Below are positions 8,462 to 17,756 of a stretch of DNA of 27,210 bases, piece after piece (the first letter of the stretch is position 1; the number at the start of each line of letters is the position of its first letter). This DNA is from Leptospirales bacterium (GTDB lineage Bacteria; Spirochaetota; Leptospiria; Turneriellales; JAOUFE01): positions 20,812 through 48,021 of the forward strand of contig JBEQLE010000024.1 of NCBI GenBank assembly GCA_040326155.1, given 5' to 3'. Under the pieces are notes generated by a model. That model was not told the DNA's origin. It was given only the letters and a program-made list of their open reading frames with translations, and ran no database searches. Made by a program: the position numbers and the translations under genes.

Positions 8462-9036
8462 GGTACAATTTCATCCTCCATATCAATGGATTCAAGTAAT
8501 ATTCCTCTGGAGGCATGTCTGGGTATAAAAAAGTAGGGCTTTTTATCCCCTTCAAATTCTAATATAACGGGGTCAGAAGTGCCATCGGGGTAAAAGTGGA
8601 TATACACAATTGGTCCTTGCAAGGGAATTCCGGCGGTAGAAAGTACGGCTTTCAGGCGAGCAGGGATGGCGGTGGGTTTAATTATCCACTCTGAATCTTC
8701 GCTCTCGTCTGTTTCCAGTTCATCTTCTTTGACAGAGGCGTAGTAGGGAAGCTCCAGCGAATCTCCCCCCTCTTTTGCCGGGTCAATTGGCTTTACCCCC
8801 ACTCTTCTTTTATCGAAATTGAACTCCATGGTGTAAGTAACACCATCATTTAAAGCTTTTTCGCGAGCAATTTTAACAATTTGCGCCAGCTCCAATTGGT
8901 TGATGCTCTGAAATTCCTCAGTCCAGATGGAATTCAGAAGGTTACCTACAATCGTCATACCTGAGGCAATAATGACGATTACCATTAAGAGCTCAATAAG
9001 TGTAAGGCCGCGTCTATTTTTAATCCTTTTTATCAA
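8458..9036 (-). CDS. gspH: Type II secretion minor pseudopilin, GspH/FimT-like
   Basis: Class III signal RRG|LTLIELLMVIVII; IAREKAL helix; IHFYPDGTSDP motif typical of GspH; TTGA overlap with the gspG stop. Confidence 0.78.
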   Translation of the reverse strand: MIKRIKNRRGLTLIELLMVIVIIASGMTIVGNLLNSIWTEEFQSINQLELAQIVKIAREKALNDGVTYTMEFNFDKRRVGVKPIDPAKEGGDSLELPYYASVKEDELETDESEDSEWIIKPTAIPARLKAVLSTAGIPLQGPIVYIHFYPDGTSDPVILEFEGDKKPYFFIPRHASRGILLESIDMEDEIVP

Positions 9037-9464
9037 TTTTGATTAGTCAGGTTAAAATCTGCATTTTTGCCTTCTCCTCCTGGCTGATTATCAGCTCCGA
9101 GGCTATATACTTTGTAACTTCCATCCATGTTTTCATAAACATAGGGGTTATTCCAGGGGTCTGAAATTTCACTTTCTTGAAGATAGGAACGCGGTACTCT
9201 ACCGTCTTCCAGGGCGGGTGGATTTAGAAGGACTTCAAACCCTTCATGCGTTGTCGGGTAAGTTCGGTATTCGCTTTGGTATCGAAAAAGAGCGCCTTCT
9301 ATTTTTATTTTGCTGGCTTTTTTGTGAAGTTCAGTGGTAGCATCGTCACCTACAGTGCCGACATTGACATATATAATTGTCATTAGCACGCTGATTATAG
9401 CGATCACAACCATCATTTCAATTAATGTGATTCCTCTTCTTCGAGAAAGGTTTTTTATTTTCAT
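9033..9464 (-). CDS. gspG: Type II secretion major pseudopilin GspG
   Basis: RRRG|ITLIEMMVVIAII; AL.RY.....YPTTHEG...L; DPWNNPYVY; YSLGADNQPGGEGKNAD (Ca-binding loop); Shine-Dalgarno AAGGAG at 9477-9472. Confidence 0.93.
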   Translation of the reverse strand: MKIKNLSRRRGITLIEMMVVIAIISVLMTIIYVNVGTVGDDATTELHKKASKIKIEGALFRYQSEYRTYPTTHEGFEVLLNPPALEDGRVPRSYLQESEISDPWNNPYVYENMDGSYKVYSLGADNQPGGEGKNADFNLTNQN

Positions 9465-9514
9465 GTTTGTACTCCTTAATATTATTGAGTTTTTGTACTT
9501 TTTATTTTGTCACT

Positions 9515-12500
9515 TCACCTGATTAAAATAACTATCGATTGTTTATCTTTTATGTCAGGGTATTTTGTCATTAGCTGTTTTGATGATTTACGGTAAAGCT
9601 CAAAAAAGGTACTTTCAAATTCGTTTAACCCGGAAGAAAGTTGCAAAAATGTGCGAATAAAGTTTAAATAAATATGCAATGAATTTTCCGACTTCATGAA
9701 CACATGGTAACTCCCTTTTGCTTCCAGAGAAGTGATATCTGAAATTAAAGAAGTTATGTTTTCGGTCGTATAGAATTGAATTGCGTCCATTAATTCAGGA
9801 TATTCTGATAAAACCAAATGAAGATCTACATTTTCAACCTCAATTCCTCTTGCGGCAGGCTCACCGAGAACAATTTGAAAAAGAGAGTATTGCGGATGAT
9901 TGGATAATCTTTTCGAAGACATCCAGGTTGTATTACCGGATAATACCTGTAACAAATTTGATTTAAACGTAGCCGTAAAATAGACTCCCGCAGTCTCTTG
10001 TATGTTTATGGTACCAAACGTTTTCTTTTGCGCAATGTAAATAAATACATCTCTGGGTTGTTCCAGAAATGTAGTGCGCTGACTAAGTTCCACATTTTCC
10101 ACTTTAATGTCATCTTTTTTCCAGGACCACTGGTAATGCTCTCCGGGAAATAGTTCAATAAAGCCGTTGACTGCAAGTGGAAATTCGAAATCTTCACCGG
10201 GCTTTTCGCTTCGATCATACAGAGCGTATAAGTTTAAAAATTCTTTATACATTTTCTGGCGCAGGTAATATTTCAACGCATAACGAAGTGTTTGTATATC
10301 ACCCTGTGTATTACCGGGCAGCGAAATCTCTCCAGAATTTAGACCTGTCATATACGTTTGAAAAGTTTGAATGCTAGAAAGAATGTTATTTTCATATAAG
10401 TATCTGTATGGAGTTTTAAGCGCTTCGAAAGTCAAAACCTTCTCCGGAGTTTTAGAAAGCCCTATATAAACCAGTTGGTGTACAATATATTTATGCCATG
10501 ACGACATTCTCGTCGTATCTAAACCCAGATCAGATATTGTTTTGGCATTATGAACAAAAGCATTGGCTTTGGAATAAATTTTTAGTGTTTCAGATTGCGC
10601 TTTTGAGATTGTAAGAAACAATTTCGTTTTAATGACATCTTGCGCCGTACCCGAGAGTAATTGCAACGCCTCGTCTATAAGTTGAGAATTCATCTTGTTT
10701 TGACTGAGGTGGGTAAACCAGGCAGTGTAAATGGAAACAAACCGGTCATAGTCAGGCTGCACGTTACTTAAATCTTGAAAATAAATCTGAGTAGCAGACA
10801 ATGCGTCTTCGTATTGCCCCGAATCTAATAATTGTATAATATTTACAGCCATAAAATTACGATCATTATCTTGCGCCATGTCGGAGAGATCATTTGTTTT
10901 CTTGCTCCAGGCTAATGCGAATAATTTACGTTCACTTTGAGACAAGTTTAATGCGCGAACCGATTTCGAGCCTAAAGACAGTTGATTGCGCAGGCTGGGC
11001 CACAGGTACTTTGAATAAGGCAGGTTATAACGTTGAACAATGGAGTTCGCCATAGCGTATTCGCTCATATTGTTAAGCGCTTTTACCCATTCTAGTTTGC
11101 GTGGATAATTTTCAATTAAGTAAGTTAGTTTTTCATAAATGTCAACATCGACTGGCACCGGGTTTTCTAACCCAGCCTCGTCCGCATGAATTCTTTCCAT
11201 AAATCGGGCATCCCAGGGTTCATGAAACGGGTCAGACTCTCCCCTGTTTGCTTTGTTCAGATAGTAAAGGTTCATTAAATGTAACCAGTCGTTCGTTTTT
11301 ATTTGATAACGTTCGCTCGTTTTATTTATAAGAGAGAAGCCAAGCTCCGAATATCCTCCGGAGAATAAAGAAGAGAGTCCGTTCATAAAAAAGTTGTAGA
11401 TTTCATTATAATTAGAATTTTCTTCTAATATTGCATGGCTTAAGTATTCTTCAAAAATTGGTGTCGCTTTTTCGGGTATATCTGAAAGCACCCATATTTT
11501 CATTTTCAATAATATAAATGCGCTTCGGTTAACTAGATCGCTCGCACGATTTTCAGCAGACAAGGTAAGAGCGCTTCGGTACTTATAAATATTGTCAGCC
11601 CTTTTAATATGTTCCACTGCTTTCGAAATATTACCAGCGGCGAGTTCTGTTTTTGCCATACCTATGAATTCCATATATTCTTTATGCAGGTTTTTATGAA
11701 TGGCAATGTCTAAAGATTTTTCATCCGGGGTATTTAAAATATTGGAAATTTCAGAAGAGGCTGAAAAAATAAATTCAGTATCACCCGGTGTAAGTTGTCC
11801 TGTTAAAAATTTTGAAATTTTTTCTCTTGAATCTGATTGCGACACCATGGTATGATACACGGTAGAAACGCCATGGGCTGCCATAAACAAATTTACACCC
11901 GACTGAAATTTTAACAGACTTTGATTATAACGGATATCGTCTTCATAGGATAATACAACAACATTTGGTTTTTTATCATTGAGCAATAAAGTTCCAAAAA
12001 AAGGTGAATGTTGCAGCGTATTAGAAATATCGTTTACTTTAATTTCAATGCCGATTCCGTTTACCAACCCTTTATGTTTTTTAAGATCTGAGAATTTTTT
12101 AATTTCCGAAACTTTTTGTTTCGATAGGCGAGACTCTTTGGCAGCGTCATCAAAAGGATTATCGCTCGTCTGTATATTCAGCCAGTTATTATTTGAATAA
12201 AACCGATTTTGCTCGTTCAGTATCGCAGTTTGAAAAAGGTAATTTCGCGCAATTAACTTCTCTGTTTTTTTCTGAAAAGGGAAACGCCAGAAAAATCGGT
12301 CTACAAAGATGATATCAAATTTTTGTTTTGAGACCCAGTTTAAAAGCCTGGTTAATTCCGGCGAAGATTTATGCAGGTCGGGATTTTGCGAATACTGGAA
12401 AATTTCTCGCGACTCAATCGTGTACGAAGCATAATATGTTTTTGTTTTGCGGCGTAAAAATACATGAGTTTTATTTTTGTTTTGAAATATATAAATAAAA

Positions 12501-15500
12501 TCTCGACTGAAATTTCGAATATCTTTTACCGTAGTCAATTTCGGAAGTATTGCAATTGCAAAATTTCTTGTTCTGGGGTTCGAGAAAAGAAGTTGTTGAA
12601 GCTGTCTCTTTTTTTTCAAGACTTGCTGCAATATTTTTTCGGTGTCCTCCGATTCAGCGTCCATTCTTCTAAGTTTAAAAGATTCAATATCCCGGTGCAA
12701 TCTTTTTTCCAGATCTTCAATGTCTTGTATCTCAATAATTAAATTTGCAAGTTCGGGATTAGACTGTAACAGTTGATACTTCCAGTTTTGTAAAACCCTG
12801 TATTGCCGAGAAAAATTTTCAATGTATATTGCCTCATTGTAATCTTTTTTGGCAATGGCCGAAATAATCATACTTTTGGAAACCGATGCGTAAAGTTCCG
12901 GGTACTGTTGAATTAAATAGGGGTATTGCCTGAAAATAGAGGTTGCATTTCGCAGGGCTTCACCTGCATCTTTTTTTCTTTCTGCAGAACTATCGAATTT
13001 TCCAATGTTTTCATAATACCCTTTTGCAGACAAAATAATTAATTCATAACTTTGAAATTCGACAGCCTTGTAATAAACATCTTCGTACGCCGCCGCCGCT
13101 TTTTCATGTAAATTCATGCTTTCAAATAATTTCGCGCGATTAATTGTCAGTACTATCGCCAGCCGTCTCTCATCAGACTCTTCAAGCAAAGCAATTTGTT
13201 CATCGTTTAAGTCAAGAATTCCGTTTAATTGGTCTTCGGCGCGCGCGTATTTGTTATATTGTTTTTGCTTATTTTCTATATAGTCTTCAAACGAATATAA
13301 CTTTTGATCGCTTACATTTTGATGTTCGCTGTAAATTGCAATCAACGTCTGGAAGATGCCTTTATAAAGCCATATTTTAGATATTTCTTGATATGCCTCT
13401 TTTCTTACTAGAATTTTTTCAGCCGTAGATAGTTCAATATCCTTGTCTTCGTATTCTTCTTGTTGTACCTTTATTTTGTTTTTAATATATTTTTTTATAA
13501 ATTTATCTAACTCTTTTTGCGCCTTCGTTATAATTATAATTTTTTCATCGTAAGTAGATTTTTCTTGAGTTACTTTCTCGCATACAATCAATAAAATATT
13601 TTTCTGAGCTTTTTGCAATGTAACGACTTGTTTTTGTTCATAGGCAAGCGCTTTCGCCGTTTCATATTGATCAATAGCTTTATCGAATTCACCTTGAATA
13701 TAAAAAGTATGGGCAAGCCGCATTTGTGCGGAAAGTAAAGTCTCTTCGCCATGATACGATTTATCTTCTTTGGCTTTTTTAATCAGTAACTCAACAGCCT
13801 CTTGTGATTCTCCATATTTACCGATCATCTCATATGCGTGAGCTTTTAAAGAGTAATAATATTGCCACCGGTTTATGGTCGGCAACAGATAAGCCAGGTG
13901 ATTGTCTCCCATAATATAAGAATAGTCCGTATTCCAGGCGAAGGGTATTGGAATAAAAGCGATGGTCGCTTGAATTTTATATTGTGGCGCTTTAATCTCT
14001 TTGGTTAATACCTGGTGATGTAGAAGAACCTCGACTTTTCCTAACAGAGCAAGGGAACGTTTTACATAACTGAGGTCATGCATTTGTTTTGCCAGTTCCA
14101 GGTACATTCGCGACGCTTCAAGGTACACCGTTGATATGTCATTTTCCTGAGAAATTAATTGTCGGCGGTCGTTTAAAATTTCAAGATAATATCGTATGGC
14201 ATGGTTATAGTTTCCTGCCTCTGAACTATTAAGACCTAAGTATTTTAGTATAGTATGTATTTTTTTTTGTAATTTATCCTTATTTTCTCTGGTAATATTT
14301 TTCTTTTTACTTCTGGTTTTATAATACGCCAATGTATTTTTCAAATGCTTAGAGGCATTCGAATATTGACTGTCAAAAAAATAAGATTTACCAAGGTGAA
14401 AATGAAACTGGGTTTTTTGCAAGGGGGTGTCAAAATGAAATCGATCTTTTCCGGTAAGAGTAATTTTGCTATAATATTCAATTGCTTTTGTATAATTCCG
14501 CAGCAAAAAATAGTTGTTGGCAATATTTAAATAGAAACTCTCTTTTTTAGAGCTGGAAGTTTGGTCTGGTAAAAAGGCAAGACTCTTTTTGTATAAGTGA
14601 ATGTTCTTTTCGAACAGTTGTTCAGGAAAAAGATTTCCATACACGGAATGAAAGCGAGCTTTGTCGAGAACTTTTGTATTATCGAGACGGGTGTAGGTTG
14701 TATTTCGTTTTTCATCAATAAACTGATATACCCAGCCAAGCATTATATAAGAGTCGCTAAAACCGGGCTCGGCAAAAAAAGACCAATTGAAATCAATTTC
14801 AGCATGTTTAAAATCAATTAAAATTTCTTTTTTTGTCTTTTTATTGAGTTGGTAAGTTTTTTCATAGCGAATATGCTTTTGAATGCCCAGCATGGCGTGT
14901 AAATAGGCTCTGCCAAAAATGAACGGGTTAATCAGGTTTTTTCGCGCCGTAGCAACATTCGCGTCATAGAATTCATTTATTTCTTCTAAAAGCTTTTTAT
15001 AATTTTCCTGGTTGAGATTCGTTTGAATTGATTTTCTGTCAATTTCCAGAGCCATCTCATCAAGACCAACAAAGATATTTAGAGTTTCTTGCTTTATGGA
15101 TGAATCTATGGTGTCGTTTACGTGCATATGAAGAGTGAGGCTGATGAGCTTTTTATAGTTTTCCCAGGCTTGTTCATATTGCTTATTAGATTTTTGATTT
15201 TCAACTTTATCTTTATAATATCCAAGTGTTCTATGGGTTATTTTGAGGCGATTCGTAAATCTGTATTCAGAACGATATAAGTAGAGCGCGTTGGCGTAAG
15301 ATGCAAAAGCCTGTTCTTTGTCTCCGGCTTCTTCGTAAAGCAGGGCTTGGTGAATAGCCAATTGCATTTCCCATTGAGACCCTTTTTCGGGATGAATTTT
15401 ATCGTTCAGTAACCTTGCTTTCCCATAATGTTTTGTTTTAATTTCACTTTGTTGCATCGCGATGAAGGACAATAAATGTAATAAAGGATATTCTTTTTCG

Positions 15501-17530
15501 GGGTAGGGTTCTAAAGAGCTTGCAACAATATTTTCCTGGCCGTTTATATATTTCTCTGAAAAGAAATCGAAAATTTTATTTTCAACTGCCTGACGATCAC
15601 TTAAGGTAATTTGCTTTGCAATTCGTTCATTTGCCGTTTCTGGAATCTGTTCATTTTCTATGGTTTCAATATCTTCATTTTGTAACGCTTTTACAAAATC
15701 AATTTTGTTGTTTTCAGGATCAAGAATAAACAAATACTCTTGTGAAATTGTCCCAATGGATTTAAGGTTATGGTCACCAATTTTTTTTACAAATAAAATA
15801 TTATTGTAATATCCTGGCTCCAGTAAAAATAGTTTATAATAAAATCTGGTGGCTCCCAGGTCCGCTGTCTGTTCGTATAAAACAATAGTCACTAGTTTCA
15901 TTGCGACATCATGCTCTGCAAAATATTTTTCTTGAGAACCTTCTGGTGTTAGTTTGTCAGAATTATCCTCTGTTTCATTTTCTACACCCTCCGAAATTTC
16001 ACCCGTTTCGGGCTTGAGCGACAAATAGTAATTTTCCAATATATCTGGTTTTTCGAGAAGCTGGCGCAGGTACTCTTTTTTAGTTTCAGCCTGAACAAGC
16101 AGCTTGCTGTTGCCTTTTTTTGTCTCGAGATAATTCAGGTCCCAGAGAACTTTATAAACAATTCTCCCTTCTTTTATTTTGGCTTCCCTGTTTTTTATTA
16201 TTGCGTCGGGTTTACCGATATTTAAATTATAAAGTTTAATATCTTTTTGTGCTGAAAAGATATCACTGTAAGGATCTTCCGTATGAAGAATTTCTGTTTT
16301 TTCCATTGCCAGGCGATAGCGGGCATTTTTAACTCCATATTTTTCAGCAAACTCAAATTGAGTTCTTGGGGAATTTTGTTTTGGAATAATTCCTGATATG
16401 GGAATAAAAGCTATGTTGATGTTGTCTTTTTCGGCAATGGCATATAAGATACTTCCGCCTAGAAAAGTGCTCACCCTTGTATCGAATACATTTTCATCGT
16501 CCGGTTTCAACTCTATAATAGGGTTCTCGCCGTTACTTTCTACGCCTGCGACTACTCGTATTATTTTTCCGTGGTCAAGTCTTGTTATAGCACCATCTTT
16601 ATTCGAGTCGTTTGCAATTCGGGTACAAATAATATATTTGCCATCGGCAGTATAATTCGGGCTTAGATCAAAGGCAGAGCCTGAAGTAATACGAGTTCTT
16701 TGCAGGGCCTCTCTGTCAAAGTTTTTCCAATCTAAATTTGACAGGTCTATTTCGTAAATATCACCGTTCGAATTTTCATCTTCATAACTGATGTAAGCGA
16801 GTTTTTTACCATCGGGCGAAAAAGAGGGCATAATACCACCGTGATCGGTCAATTGAATCGGATGTTTTGGATTTTTAGTATTAAGCAACCAGATATTTTG
16901 CATTTTTTTCGGGTCTGGTTGTGAACCAGGTATTATGGAAGGCCGGTTTGAATCGTAAGCAATCGTTTTATTATTTGATGCCCAAACGGGGTTATTTTCA
17001 GTAGACCTGTAAATTTTGGTTTGGTCCACGCTGGTCAAAAATTTACGGTGTTTTCTCATTTTAACTTCGAGAGCGCCATATCCTTCTTTAAGGTAAAGAT
17101 CAAGAGCATCTTCAGGGGCGATTTCAAGCAGAACGACATCTCCGTCAGTGTCTTTTTCATCATCAATATAGAGCAAAAGTTTACCATTTGGGCTGATTGC
17201 GGGGCTGGTCTGGTTTGTTGCGGTTTTTAGTAGCGGTATTACGGTCACATCTTTTAAATAGCGCATGTAGATATCGAAGTTTCCGTTTTTATTGTTCGAA
17301 TAAAACAGATATTTTTGATCTGGCGTAATAGAACCGCTGTAGGTTTCTCCATTTTCAACGGTTAAAAAGATCGATTCTCCCATGCCTTTTTTGAATTTTT
17401 TCTTTAATATGTCGGAATAATCAAAGTCTGAAGTTTTTCGGAAGGAACCGGTTGAATTACAATTATAGAAAAAAGACAATAAGAGTAGCAAAGTAACGAT
17501 TTTCATTAGCCGTTTACAAAAGTTGTTCAT
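9515..17530 (-). CDS. Giant (2671 aa) putative lipoprotein: TolB/PD40 beta-propeller, TPR solenoid and degenerate CHAT-like region(s)
   Basis: Lipobox-like LLLLSFFYN-C24. PD40 repeats SITPDQKYLFY, PAISPNGKLLLY, PVWASNNKTIAY, PSFSPDGKKLAY, PNYTADGKYII. TPR-like units such as YLNIANNYFLLRNYTKAIEYY, FHLGKSYFFDSQYSNASKHL and MRLAHTFYIQGEFDKAIDQY. Uninterrupted 8-kb frame. Confidence 0.85.
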   Translation of the reverse strand: MNNFCKRLMKIVTLLLLLSFFYNCNSTGSFRKTSDFDYSDILKKKFKKGMGESIFLTVENGETYSGSITPDQKYLFYSNNKNGNFDIYMRYLKDVTVIPLLKTATNQTSPAISPNGKLLLYIDDEKDTDGDVVLLEIAPEDALDLYLKEGYGALEVKMRKHRKFLTSVDQTKIYRSTENNPVWASNNKTIAYDSNRPSIIPGSQPDPKKMQNIWLLNTKNPKHPIQLTDHGGIMPSFSPDGKKLAYISYEDENSNGDIYEIDLSNLDWKNFDREALQRTRITSGSAFDLSPNYTADGKYIICTRIANDSNKDGAITRLDHGKIIRVVAGVESNGENPIIELKPDDENVFDTRVSTFLGGSILYAIAEKDNINIAFIPISGIIPKQNSPRTQFEFAEKYGVKNARYRLAMEKTEILHTEDPYSDIFSAQKDIKLYNLNIGKPDAIIKNREAKIKEGRIVYKVLWDLNYLETKKGNSKLLVQAETKKEYLRQLLEKPDILENYYLSLKPETGEISEGVENETEDNSDKLTPEGSQEKYFAEHDVAMKLVTIVLYEQTADLGATRFYYKLFLLEPGYYNNILFVKKIGDHNLKSIGTISQEYLFILDPENNKIDFVKALQNEDIETIENEQIPETANERIAKQITLSDRQAVENKIFDFFSEKYINGQENIVASSLEPYPEKEYPLLHLLSFIAMQQSEIKTKHYGKARLLNDKIHPEKGSQWEMQLAIHQALLYEEAGDKEQAFASYANALYLYRSEYRFTNRLKITHRTLGYYKDKVENQKSNKQYEQAWENYKKLISLTLHMHVNDTIDSSIKQETLNIFVGLDEMALEIDRKSIQTNLNQENYKKLLEEINEFYDANVATARKNLINPFIFGRAYLHAMLGIQKHIRYEKTYQLNKKTKKEILIDFKHAEIDFNWSFFAEPGFSDSYIMLGWVYQFIDEKRNTTYTRLDNTKVLDKARFHSVYGNLFPEQLFEKNIHLYKKSLAFLPDQTSSSKKESFYLNIANNYFLLRNYTKAIEYYSKITLTGKDRFHFDTPLQKTQFHFHLGKSYFFDSQYSNASKHLKNTLAYYKTRSKKKNITRENKDKLQKKIHTILKYLGLNSSEAGNYNHAIRYYLEILNDRRQLISQENDISTVYLEASRMYLELAKQMHDLSYVKRSLALLGKVEVLLHHQVLTKEIKAPQYKIQATIAFIPIPFAWNTDYSYIMGDNHLAYLLPTINRWQYYYSLKAHAYEMIGKYGESQEAVELLIKKAKEDKSYHGEETLLSAQMRLAHTFYIQGEFDKAIDQYETAKALAYEQKQVVTLQKAQKNILLIVCEKVTQEKSTYDEKIIIITKAQKELDKFIKKYIKNKIKVQQEEYEDKDIELSTAEKILVRKEAYQEISKIWLYKGIFQTLIAIYSEHQNVSDQKLYSFEDYIENKQKQYNKYARAEDQLNGILDLNDEQIALLEESDERRLAIVLTINRAKLFESMNLHEKAAAAYEDVYYKAVEFQSYELIILSAKGYYENIGKFDSSAERKKDAGEALRNATSIFRQYPYLIQQYPELYASVSKSMIISAIAKKDYNEAIYIENFSRQYRVLQNWKYQLLQSNPELANLIIEIQDIEDLEKRLHRDIESFKLRRMDAESEDTEKILQQVLKKKRQLQQLLFSNPRTRNFAIAILPKLTTVKDIRNFSRDFIYIFQNKNKTHVFLRRKTKTYYASYTIESREIFQYSQNPDLHKSSPELTRLLNWVSKQKFDIIFVDRFFWRFPFQKKTEKLIARNYLFQTAILNEQNRFYSNNNWLNIQTSDNPFDDAAKESRLSKQKVSEIKKFSDLKKHKGLVNGIGIEIKVNDISNTLQHSPFFGTLLLNDKKPNVVVLSYEDDIRYNQSLLKFQSGVNLFMAAHGVSTVYHTMVSQSDSREKISKFLTGQLTPGDTEFIFSASSEISNILNTPDEKSLDIAIHKNLHKEYMEFIGMAKTELAAGNISKAVEHIKRADNIYKYRSALTLSAENRASDLVNRSAFILLKMKIWVLSDIPEKATPIFEEYLSHAILEENSNYNEIYNFFMNGLSSLFSGGYSELGFSLINKTSERYQIKTNDWLHLMNLYYLNKANRGESDPFHEPWDARFMERIHADEAGLENPVPVDVDIYEKLTYLIENYPRKLEWVKALNNMSEYAMANSIVQRYNLPYSKYLWPSLRNQLSLGSKSVRALNLSQSERKLFALAWSKKTNDLSDMAQDNDRNFMAVNIIQLLDSGQYEDALSATQIYFQDLSNVQPDYDRFVSIYTAWFTHLSQNKMNSQLIDEALQLLSGTAQDVIKTKLFLTISKAQSETLKIYSKANAFVHNAKTISDLGLDTTRMSSWHKYIVHQLVYIGLSKTPEKVLTFEALKTPYRYLYENNILSSIQTFQTYMTGLNSGEISLPGNTQGDIQTLRYALKYYLRQKMYKEFLNLYALYDRSEKPGEDFEFPLAVNGFIELFPGEHYQWSWKKDDIKVENVELSQRTTFLEQPRDVFIYIAQKKTFGTINIQETAGVYFTATFKSNLLQVLSGNTTWMSSKRLSNHPQYSLFQIVLGEPAARGIEVENVDLHLVLSEYPELMDAIQFYTTENITSLISDITSLEAKGSYHVFMKSENSLHIYLNFIRTFLQLSSGLNEFESTFFELYRKSSKQLMTKYPDIKDKQSIVILIR

Positions 17531-17563
17531 ATGTCAGGTTTGAATAAAAAAAAATATTGTCGA
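17531..17563 (-). promoter_or_regulatory. Candidate promoter for the giant lipoprotein/pseudopilin operon, possibly leaderless
   Basis: TCGACA (17563-17558), 16-nt spacer, AAACCT (17541-17536), 5 nt, ATG; same layout as upstream of the MoaD-like gene. Confidence 0.35.
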
Positions 17564-17619
17564 GTCTTTTTTCCTTTTGTCTGTTTTTCATGTTTTGTAA
17601 GGTTTTGGTCTTTTTTCGG

Positions 17620-17646
17620 TTGACAATAATAGTAATAATATAAAAT
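17620..17646 (+). promoter_or_regulatory. Candidate sigma70 promoter for clpC
   Basis: TTGACA at 17620-17625 and TAAAAT at 17641-17646; the 15-nt spacer is short; AT-rich divergent intergenic region. Confidence 0.35.
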
Positions 17647-17756
17647 TGCATACGTTATATTGTTTTTTACTTATATTGTTTTTATGTAAGGGTAATTACG
17701 TCATAGGTAATAAAGAGGAAATCTCTACTAAACGGGAACTAATTAAAGGTAAATTT

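Noticed and set aside
17646..17756. 37-aa N-terminal extension of ClpC in the ORF track (looks like a signal peptide with Cys)
   Set aside because: It is AT-rich promoter sequence read from a TTG. Clp-N homology and an SD-like AAGGT point to ATG 17757.
17531..17756. Heat-shock operator (CIRCE or CtsR box) before clpC
   Set aside because: Neither TTAGCACTC-N9-GAGTGCTAA nor a GGTCAAA direct repeat is present.
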